DNA of 64,000 nucleotides from Coprobacillus sp. CAG:698. Lineage in GTDB: Bacteria > Bacillota_I > Bacilli_A > ML615J-28 > CAG-698. The position numbers and the translations under genes were made by a program. Shown here one piece after another: positions 57,079 to 64,000 of this stretch (position 1 is the stretch's first letter; every line of letters begins with the position of its first letter). Location: positions 16,940 to 80,939 of the forward strand of contig HF988729.1 in the NCBI GenBank assembly GCA_000431235.1, given 5' to 3'. The notes beneath the pieces are model-generated. The model was given only the letters and a program-made list of their open reading frames with translations. It was not told the origin of the DNA and did not search any database.

Positions 57079-57780
57079 ATGGCTAAAAGAAGTAAGAAAT
57101 ACCAAGATGCGGCAAAACAAATTGACCGTACTAAAAAGTATACTCTTGTTGAAGCTGTAGAATTAGCTAAAAAAACTAGTTGTACTAAATTTGATGGAAC
57201 TGTTGAACTTGCATTTAAGATGAATCTTGATTCACGTAAAGCTGATCAAAACTTACGTGGAGCTATCGTTCTTCCTTATGGAACAGGTAAAACTCGTACT
57301 GTGTTAGTATTAACTAAATCACCAGAAAAACAAAAGAATGCTACTGATGCTGGTGCAGATTATGTCGGCGATGCTGAATATATCGAAAAAATCAAAAATG
57401 GTTGGTTCGAATTTGACATTATCGTTGCTACACCTGATATGATGGGCGAATTAGGACGTTTAGGTAAAATCTTAGGACCTAAAGGTTTAATGCCAAATGC
57501 AAAAACTGGTACAGTTACAATGGATATTACAAAAGCTGTTAATGAAATTAAAGCTGGTAAAGTTGAATATCGTGTTGACAAGACTGGTAACATTCAAATG
57601 TTAGTTGGTAAAGTAAGTTTTGATGCTGAAAAATTAGTTGAAAATGTAAAAACTATTTATGCATTAATTTTAAAACTTAAACCATCAACTGTTAAAGGTG
57701 TTTATATTAAGAATATGGCTATTTCTACTACAATGGGCCCTGGAATCAAAGTTGACCAAGACTCTGTACTTACAAAATAA
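57079..57780 (+). CDS. rplA: 50S ribosomal protein L1
   Basis: Conserved L1 sequence ([35 protein letters not shown]). Confidence 0.95.
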   Translation: MAKRSKKYQDAAKQIDRTKKYTLVEAVELAKKTSCTKFDGTVELAFKMNLDSRKADQNLRGAIVLPYGTGKTRTVLVLTKSPEKQKNATDAGADYVGDAEYIEKIKNGWFEFDIIVATPDMMGELGRLGKILGPKGLMPNAKTGTVTMDITKAVNEIKAGKVEYRVDKTGNIQMLVGKVSFDAEKLVENVKTIYALILKLKPSTVKGVYIKNMAISTTMGPGIKVDQDSVLTK

Positions 57781-57850
57781 TTAAATAATAAAAATAACTA
57801 AATTAAATAAAAATAATAAAATAATCCATAAAAATAAAATAGTTTGATTA

Positions 57851-57979
57851 TTCGCCGTAGACAGTAGGTGCGTAAAGCTTAATTTCCTACCGAGGTTACA
57901 TAATTAGATTAAAATGATCTAATTATAAAAAAGTTCTCTTTACCTCTTTTTGTCTATGCAAAAAGAGGTTTATTTTTTC
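57851..57979 (+). promoter_or_regulatory. rplJ (L10) leader with attenuator terminator
   Basis: Structured leader GCCGTAGACAGTAGG...CCTACCGAGG. Then the hairpin ACCTCTTTTTG-tctatg-CAAAAAGAGGT (57942-57969) plus a T-run, just before the rplJ RBS. Position and architecture resemble the Bacillota L10 leader. Confidence 0.55.
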
Positions 57980-57991
57980 AAGGAGGTAAAA

Positions 57992-58483
57992 ATGAAAAAA
58001 GCGACTTTAAACAGAAAAGTTGAAGACGTTAATGCTATTTCTGCCAAATTTGAAGAATCTTCAATCGCTATCGTTGTTAATCCAATTGGTTTAACAGTAA
58101 CAGAAGTTTCTGAATTACGTAATAATCTTTATAAAGCTGGTGCTGATTTAAAGGTTATTAAGAATAACATTTTACGTCGTGCTGCTGATAAGTTAGGATA
58201 CGATGGTATCCAAGAGACATTTGCTGGACCAAGTGCTGTTGTTTTCTCTAAAGATGCTGGAAGTGCTGCAAAAGTAGTATTTGATTTCTTAAAAGCAAAT
58301 AACAAATTTGAAGTTAAAGCAGGTCTAATCGATGGTGTATTTACTACAAAAGAAGATTTAAAAGCTATCGCTGGTTTACCAAACAAGGAAGGTATGCTAT
58401 CAATGTTACTAAGTGTAATGCAAGCTCCTATTCGCAATCTTGGTATTGTTATTAAAGCGATTGGTGAAAAAGAACAAGCATAA
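57992..58483 (+). CDS. rplJ: 50S ribosomal protein L10
   Basis: ATG 57992 follows RBS AAGGAGGT. The track's TTG 57950 start lies inside the leader terminator. Confidence 0.95.
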   Translation: MKKATLNRKVEDVNAISAKFEESSIAIVVNPIGLTVTEVSELRNNLYKAGADLKVIKNNILRRAADKLGYDGIQETFAGPSAVVFSKDAGSAAKVVFDFLKANNKFEVKAGLIDGVFTTKEDLKAIAGLPNKEGMLSMLLSVMQAPIRNLGIVIKAIGEKEQA

Positions 58484-58504
58484 TTTTAAGGAGGATATTA
58501 TATT

Positions 58505-58876
58505 ATGGCTAAAATCGATACACAAAAATTTATTGAAGATTTAAAAGAAATGACAGTTTTAGAACTTAACGAATTAGTTAAGGCAATAGAAGAAGCTTTC
58601 GGCGTTACTGCTGCTGCAGCTGTAGTTGCTGCTGGTGGAGCTCATGAAGAAAAAGAAGAAGGACCACAATTAGTAAGCGTAGTATTAAAGAGCGCTGCTG
58701 CTAACAAAGTTGGTATCATTAAAGCTGTTAAAGAAATGTTAGGTTTATCTTTAATGGATGCTAAGAAATTAGTTGAAACTGCTGATGCTAAAATTAAAGA
58801 AGGTATTTCTAAAGAAGAAGCTGACGGCGTTGCTGCTAAATTAAAAGAATTAGGCGCAGAAGTTGAAGTTAAATAA
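58505..58876 (+). CDS. rplL: 50S ribosomal protein L7/L12
   Basis: Ala-rich hinge AAAAVVAAGG and the conserved C-terminal domain KLKELGAEVEVK. Confidence 0.95.
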   Translation: MAKIDTQKFIEDLKEMTVLELNELVKAIEEAFGVTAAAAVVAAGGAHEEKEEGPQLVSVVLKSAAANKVGIIKAVKEMLGLSLMDAKKLVETADAKIKEGISKEEADGVAAKLKELGAEVEVK

Positions 58877-58886
58877 TTTGAAATAT

Positions 58887-58917
58887 AAGCTAGAGCCTTG
58901 CGCTTTAGCTTTTTGTT
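58887..58917 (+). terminator. rho-independent terminator after rplL
   Basis: AGCTAGAGC-cttgc-GCTTTAGCT (one G-U pair) followed by TTTTgTTT. Confidence 0.65.
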
Positions 58918-58923
58918 TATTAT

Positions 58924-59514
58924 ATGAGCCAATATTTTGAAAATGACCCTAATTTAAAATCAAATACAAAACAAATAAAATATACTTATCATGGTAAAGA
59001 AATAATTTATACAGTTGATTTAGGAGTTTTTAGTAAGGATCGCGTTGATTTTGGAAGTAATTTACTATTACAATCTTTACCTATATTCACTTGTGAGAAT
59101 ATTTTGGATATTGGATGTGGATATGGAACTATCGGATTATCAATAGCAAAAGTATATGATAATACTAATGTTATGATGTGTGATGTTAATAAACGTGCAA
59201 TTGAACTTACTAGAAATAATATATTATTGAATAAAATAAATAATGCTAAAGTAATTGAAAGTAATTGTTATGAGAATATAAATGATAAATACGATGTAAT
59301 TATTTCTAATCCACCTATTAGAGCTGGAAAAAAAGTTGTTCATGAGATATGTTTAAAAGCTAGTGAATTTCTAAATGATAATGGAAAAGTATATTTTGTT
59401 ATTCAAAAAAAACAAGGCGCTGAGTCTTTGTATAAAAAGATGTTAGAAATTTATAATAAATGTGAGATAATTAATAAAAAGAATGGTTATCTAATAATTG
59501 AAGGTTCGATGTAA
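58924..59514 (+). CDS. class I SAM-dependent methyltransferase (YbxB/RsmC-like small domain)
   Basis: Motif I DIGCGYGTIGL and motif IV NPPIRAGK. Same position as B. subtilis ybxB between rplL and rpoB. Confidence 0.8.
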   Translation: MSQYFENDPNLKSNTKQIKYTYHGKEIIYTVDLGVFSKDRVDFGSNLLLQSLPIFTCENILDIGCGYGTIGLSIAKVYDNTNVMMCDVNKRAIELTRNNILLNKINNAKVIESNCYENINDKYDVIISNPPIRAGKKVVHEICLKASEFLNDNGKVYFVIQKKQGAESLYKKMLEIYNKCEIINKKNGYLIIEGSM

Positions 59515-59584
59515 CCTTCATTTTATTTTTGTGATTTAATATGTCACATTTAGATAAATATTATAATAAAATCGCATTTTACAC

Positions 59585-59613
59585 TTGACTAATTGAAGGA
59601 AATATGGTAATAT
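59585..59613 (+). promoter_or_regulatory. promoter TTGACT-17-TGgTAATAT upstream of rpoB
   Basis: TTGACT 59585-59590, 17-nt spacer, extended -10 ending 59613. Confidence 0.45.
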
Positions 59614-59688
59614 AGTAGAATGCAATAGAATGTATTTATAATGCAAAATCTGCGTCATTTTTTGCTTATTTATTGAGAGGTGAAAATA

Positions 59689-62600
59689 TTGGGCTACAAA
59701 AATGTAAAATATGGAAAAAATCGTATTAGACGAAATTATTCACGCGTTCAAACTAACGTAGAATTACCAAATTTAATTGAGGTTCAAACAAAATCGTTTG
59801 AATGGTTCAAGACTGAAGGATTAAGGCAGTTGTTTGCGGAGTTTTCTCCAATTAAAGATCATGCTGGTAATCTAGAACTTTATTTTGATAATTTCTCTTT
59901 TGATGAGCCTAAGTATAGTATCCCTGAAGCAAAGAGAAACGACATGAACTTTTCTCGTCCGCTAAAGGCTGATGTAATGCTTAAATCAAATGAAACTGGT
60001 GAAATCAAAATGGATAGAATTTTCTTAGGTGAATATCCTATGATGACTCCATCAGGAACATTTGTTATCAATGGTGCTGAGCGTGTTGTTGTAACACAAA
60101 TTATTCGTTCTGCTGGTGCTTTCTATAACTGTACTACTGATAAAAAAAGTGGACAAAAACAATTTTATGGACAAATTATTCCAACACGTGGTGCATGGAT
60201 TGAATTTGAAACTGGTGGAAAGGATTTATGGTTCGCCAAACTTGATAGATCTAAGAAGATTTATTTAACTACTTTCCTTCGTGCTATAGGTTTAAAGAGT
60301 AATCGTAGCATAAAGAGTTTATATGGTGATAATAAATACTTACAAGCAACATTTGCAAAAGATGATTCTTTTGGACCTGATGATGCACTAGAGCAATTAT
60401 ATGAAAAATTGCGCCCAGGTGAAAAAGCTAAACCTGAAGATGCTCGTAAATACATTGGAAGTAGATTGTTTGAAAATAGACGTTATGACTTAGCAAGTGT
60501 TGGACGTTATAAAGTAAATAAAAAATTAGATGTTTTAGATAGACTTAACTATATATTAGAAAATTATAACAATGCATATGTAAAATTTGAAAATGCTAAT
60601 GGTGACATAGTTGATTCATCTACTGGTGAAATTTTATTCCCATATGTAAAAGCAAATGAATATGAAGGCTATGAATTAACAAATGATTTAATTGATTATT
60701 TAAATGAAAATCGTCACTTGTTTAGAAATACTAATTATTATAGTAAAATGTTAGATGAATCTGACTGTGTAGTACTTGAATGCCTAGAAGTGTCTTTTGA
60801 AAAACTTCATAATAGAACTGAAGTTAAATTAGTTGGCAATGACCAAAAAGAAGATAGAAATCATGTTACTGTATCTGATATTTTGGCAGGTGTTGGTTAT
60901 TATATGAACTTACATGAAGGTGTTGGTCAAGTTGATGACATCGATCACCTAGGAAATCGTCGCTTAAGATTAATAGGTGAATTATTACAAAATCAATTCC
61001 GTATTGGTCTTGCAAAACTTGAAAAGAATGTTAAAGATAAAATGTCAATGGCAGCTGATCCAAAATCAATTGTTCCTCAAAACTTGGTTAATATTAAAGC
61101 ATTAACATCATCAATTAAGGAATTCTTTGGAAGTAGCCAATTATCTCAATTTATGGATCAAATTAATCCACTTTCTGAATTAACACATAAACGTCGTCTA
61201 TCTGCATTAGGTGCAGGTGGATTAACTCGTGATCGTGCTGGATTCGAAGTTCGTGACGTACACGTATCTCATTATGGACGTATTTGTCCTATCGAGACAC
61301 CTGAAGGTCAAAACATCGGTTTAATCAACTCACTTGCTACATATGCAAGAGTTGACCAATATGGATTTATTGAAACTCCATACTTAAAAGTTATTCAAAA
61401 AGATGGAAAATCTATAGTTACAGATGAAAAAATCTATTTAACTGCTGATAAAGAAGAAGCATATTATATAACTCAAGCTAACACAGAAGTTAATGAAAAC
61501 ATGGAAATAGTCCCTGAAAAAGTTACTGCTCGTCATATGGGTGATACACATATTTATCCACGTACACAAATTAACTTAATCGACGTTAGCCCACAACAAA
61601 TTGTTGCCGTTAGTACTGCATGTATTCCATTCTTAGAGCATGATGATGCTAACCGTGCCCTAATGGGAGCTAATATGCAACGTCAAGCTATTCCACTATT
61701 ATGTCCTGAAGCTCCATTTGTTGCTACAGGTATAGAAGCAAAAGCTGCTCATGATTCTGGTGTTGCTTGTATTTGTGAAGGCGATGGAGTTGTTGATTTT
61801 GTTGATGCTTCCACAGTTATAGTTTTAGAAGATAGCGGTGCTGTTAAAACATATAAATTAATTAAATATGACCGTTCTAATCACTCAACTTGTGTAAACC
61901 AAAAACCAATTGTTTACAGAGGTGAAAGAGTTAAAAAAGGTGATGTATTAGCTGATGGTGCATCTATGGACCAAGGTGAAATGGCATTAGGACGTAATGT
62001 TGTAATTGCCTTTATGACATGGAATGGTTATAACTATGAAGATGCTGTTATCATGAGTGAAAGATTAGTTCAAGATGACGTTTATACATCAATTCACATT
62101 GAAAGATATGAAGTTGAAGTACGTGAAGGTAAACTTGGAAAAGAAGAAATTACTCGTGAAATTGAAGATAGAAAAGAAGCTATTGCTAATCTAGATGAAC
62201 GTGGTATAGTTCGTTTAGGTGCAGAAGTTAAAGAAAATGATATATTAGTTGGTAAAGTTACTCCAAAAGGACAAACTGAACCTACACCAGAAGAAAGATT
62301 ATCAATTGCTTTATTTAATGATAATTCTAAAGATGTTCGTAATACATCAAAGAAGGTTCCTCATGGTGGTGGTGGAGTAGTTCATCGTATTGAACACTTC
62401 TCACGTAAAAATGGTGATGAACTTGACCCAGGCGTATTAGAAGTTGTACGTATCTACATCGTTCAAAAACGTAAAATTACTGAGGGCGATAAGATGTCAG
62501 GAAGACACGGTAATAAAGGTGTTATTTCACGAATTCTTCCTCCTGAAGATATGCCATTTATGGAAGATGGTACACCTGTTGATATTATGTTGAACCCTCA

Positions 62601-63243
62601 AGGTATTCCTTCTCGTTTAAATATCGGACAAGTTTTAGAAATACATTTAGGTATGGCTGCCAAGAGATTAGGTATTCATATTGCAACACCAGTTTTCGAT
62701 GGTGTTACTAATGAAGATTTAAAAGAAATCATGGCTGAAGCAGGAATGGATCCAACTGGAAAAACTGTTTTAAGAGATGGTAGAACTGGTAAACCATTTG
62801 ATAATAAAATATCTGTTGGTGTCATGTATATGATCAAACTTGCTCACATGGTTGATGATAAATTACATGCAAGAAGTGAAGGTTCATATACTCTTGTTAC
62901 TCAACAACCAATGGGTGGTAAGGCACAAAACGGTGGTCAACGTTTCGGTGAAATGGAAGTTTGGGCCTTAGAGGCATATGGTGCTGCTTATACGCTTAGA
63001 GAAATGTTAACAATTAAATCTGATGATATTGTTGGACGTAATAAAGTTTATAAAGCAATCACTGATGGAGAACCTGTGACTAAACCTGGAATCCCAGAAT
63101 CATTTAGAGTTTTAGTTAAAGAATTACAAGGTCTAGGTTTAAGTGTTAAATTAATCGACGCTGAAACAGGTGAAGATGTTGCAAATAAGAGTCTTGTAGA
63201 AGAGATTACAGAGGCAACAAAAGCTAAAAAAACAAACAATTAA
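59689..63243 (+). CDS. rpoB: DNA-directed RNA polymerase subunit beta
   Basis: Highly conserved RpoB sequence. TTG 59689 lies 5-6 nt after RBS GAGAGGTGA. The track's GTG 59680 sits inside the RBS. Confidence 0.95.
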   Translation: MGYKNVKYGKNRIRRNYSRVQTNVELPNLIEVQTKSFEWFKTEGLRQLFAEFSPIKDHAGNLELYFDNFSFDEPKYSIPEAKRNDMNFSRPLKADVMLKSNETGEIKMDRIFLGEYPMMTPSGTFVINGAERVVVTQIIRSAGAFYNCTTDKKSGQKQFYGQIIPTRGAWIEFETGGKDLWFAKLDRSKKIYLTTFLRAIGLKSNRSIKSLYGDNKYLQATFAKDDSFGPDDALEQLYEKLRPGEKAKPEDARKYIGSRLFENRRYDLASVGRYKVNKKLDVLDRLNYILENYNNAYVKFENANGDIVDSSTGEILFPYVKANEYEGYELTNDLIDYLNENRHLFRNTNYYSKMLDESDCVVLECLEVSFEKLHNRTEVKLVGNDQKEDRNHVTVSDILAGVGYYMNLHEGVGQVDDIDHLGNRRLRLIGELLQNQFRIGLAKLEKNVKDKMSMAADPKSIVPQNLVNIKALTSSIKEFFGSSQLSQFMDQINPLSELTHKRRLSALGAGGLTRDRAGFEVRDVHVSHYGRICPIETPEGQNIGLINSLATYARVDQYGFIETPYLKVIQKDGKSIVTDEKIYLTADKEEAYYITQANTEVNENMEIVPEKVTARHMGDTHIYPRTQINLIDVSPQQIVAVSTACIPFLEHDDANRALMGANMQRQAIPLLCPEAPFVATGIEAKAAHDSGVACICEGDGVVDFVDASTVIVLEDSGAVKTYKLIKYDRSNHSTCVNQKPIVYRGERVKKGDVLADGASMDQGEMALGRNVVIAFMTWNGYNYEDAVIMSERLVQDDVYTSIHIERYEVEVREGKLGKEEITREIEDRKEAIANLDERGIVRLGAEVKENDILVGKVTPKGQTEPTPEERLSIALFNDNSKDVRNTSKKVPHGGGGVVHRIEHFSRKNGDELDPGVLEVVRIYIVQKRKITEGDKMSGRHGNKGVISRILPPEDMPFMEDGTPVDIMLNPQGIPSRLNIGQVLEIHLGMAAKRLGIHIATPVFDGVTNEDLKEIMAEAGMDPTGKTVLRDGRTGKPFDNKISVGVMYMIKLAHMVDDKLHARSEGSYTLVTQQPMGGKAQNGGQRFGEMEVWALEAYGAAYTLREMLTIKSDDIVGRNKVYKAITDGEPVTKPGIPESFRVLVKELQGLGLSVKLIDAETGEDVANKSLVEEITEATKAKKTNN

Positions 63244-63262
63244 TATTTCGAGGTGAAATAAT

Positions 63263-64000
63263 TTGAAAAGCAAGAAAAAATATAGCTATATACAAATAGG
63301 AATTGCGTCTCCAGAAGAAATTAGAAGTTGGAGTTATGGTGAAGTTAAAAAACATGAAACTATTAACTACCGTACTTTAAAACCTGAACGCGATGGTCTA
63401 TTTTGCGAAGTTATATTTGGACCTACAAAAGACTATCAATGCGCTTGTGGAAAATCAAAAAAGATGTCTAAGAGCGATAAAAAATGTGAAAAATGTGGTG
63501 TCGATATAACTGAAAGTAAAGTTAGACGTGAGCGTATGGGTCATATTGAACTTGTTGCTCCTGTTGTTCATACATGGTTTATGAAAAATAGTCCAAGTAA
63601 GATAGCCTTACTTCTAGATATGAAGAGTAAAACTATTGAAGATATTGTATATTTTGCATCATACATTGTTATTGATCCAGGTACAGTTGAAGATTTTGAA
63701 AAAGGAAGAATTTTAACTGAACAAGAATATGCAAAATATCAAATGAGTCATGGAAGAAGAAGTTTTACAGCTTTGACTGGTGCTGAAGCAATTAAGAAAC
63801 TTCTCCAAGAATTAGATTTGGGTGAGATCGCTGAAGAACTTAGAGAGGAACTTAAGACAGCAACAAAGCAAAGACGTGATAAATTAATCAAAAGACTAGA
63901 AGTTGTGGAAGCATTCCATAAATCTGGAAATAAACCTGAGTGGATGGTTATGGAAGTAATACCTGTACTTCCTCCTGATTTAAGACCAATGGTTCAACTA
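63263..64000 (+). CDS. rpoC: DNA-directed RNA polymerase subunit beta', 3'-partial (runs off the window)
   Basis: TTG 63263 lies 6 nt after RBS GAGGTGA. Translation [27 protein letters not shown]...CACGK...CEKCGV (zinc finger). Not in the ORF track because no stop falls within the window. Confidence 0.9.
   Translation, partial: MKSKKKYSYIQIGIASPEEIRSWSYGEVKKHETINYRTLKPERDGLFCEVIFGPTKDYQCACGKSKKMSKSDKKCEKCGVDITESKVRRERMGHIELVAPVVHTWFMKNSPSKIALLLDMKSKTIEDIVYFASYIVIDPGTVEDFEKGRILTEQEYAKYQMSHGRRSFTALTGAEAIKKLLQELDLGEIAEELREELKTATKQRRDKLIKRLEVVEAFHKSGNKPEWMVMEVIPVLPPDLRPMVQL

Noticed and set aside
1-64000. Search for CRISPR arrays, transposases/integrases, prophage genes, rRNA genes and recognisable defence systems.
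   Set aside because: I found no direct-repeat/spacer array, no recombinase-like ORF and no rRNA-like sequence. The window reads as core chromosome with a few small accessory islands.

Overview
Visibly AT-rich bacterial chromosome segment that uses the standard code: TGA acts as a stop at 12741-12743 and 14691-14693, so this is not a code-4 mycoplasma. Almost all genes are on the + strand, with three small minus-strand islands (4126-5585, 32914-35150, 36227-37986). The right third (51.8-64 kb) has the classic Bacillota order cysS-mrnC-rlmB-sigH-like-rpmG-secE-nusG-rplK-rplA-rplJ-rplL-methyltransferase-rpoB-rpoC. The yacP-type gene that sits between rlmB and sigH in B. subtilis is absent. The centre holds a nine-gene Enterococcus-hirae-type V-ATPase operon (14.4-22.8 kb) and two ABC importers: a PF04392/TrpX-like system and T-box-controlled metNIQ. 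It also holds an APC permease, a cation/proton antiporter with mgtC, a two-component system, cls and trxA. Accessory content includes a large GH18 lipoprotein, a radical SAM/SPASM gene paired with a DUF3592-like gene, and a Cys-rich CDS between two tRNAs. Further accessory genes are an ECF sigma/anti-sigma pair with a truncated paralogue, a 5'-truncated serpin and a DUF1538-like membrane protein with two PII-like proteins. DUF11-like, transglutaminase-like, DUF6273-like and membrane MutS-domain-V proteins complete the set. I saw no transposase, integrase, CRISPR array, rRNA or obvious defence genes. The most unusual signal is non-coding. A 25-codon leader ORF with seven consecutive Phe/Tyr codons is followed by interlocking alternative hairpins and a terminator, in front of the TrpX-like ABC operon (23620-23896). 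It looks like a ribosome-mediated aromatic amino-acid attenuator. Several ORF-track starts were moved to the start codon with the best Shine-Dalgarno spacing. DUF/Pfam family names are recalled from motif resemblance only; no database was searched.
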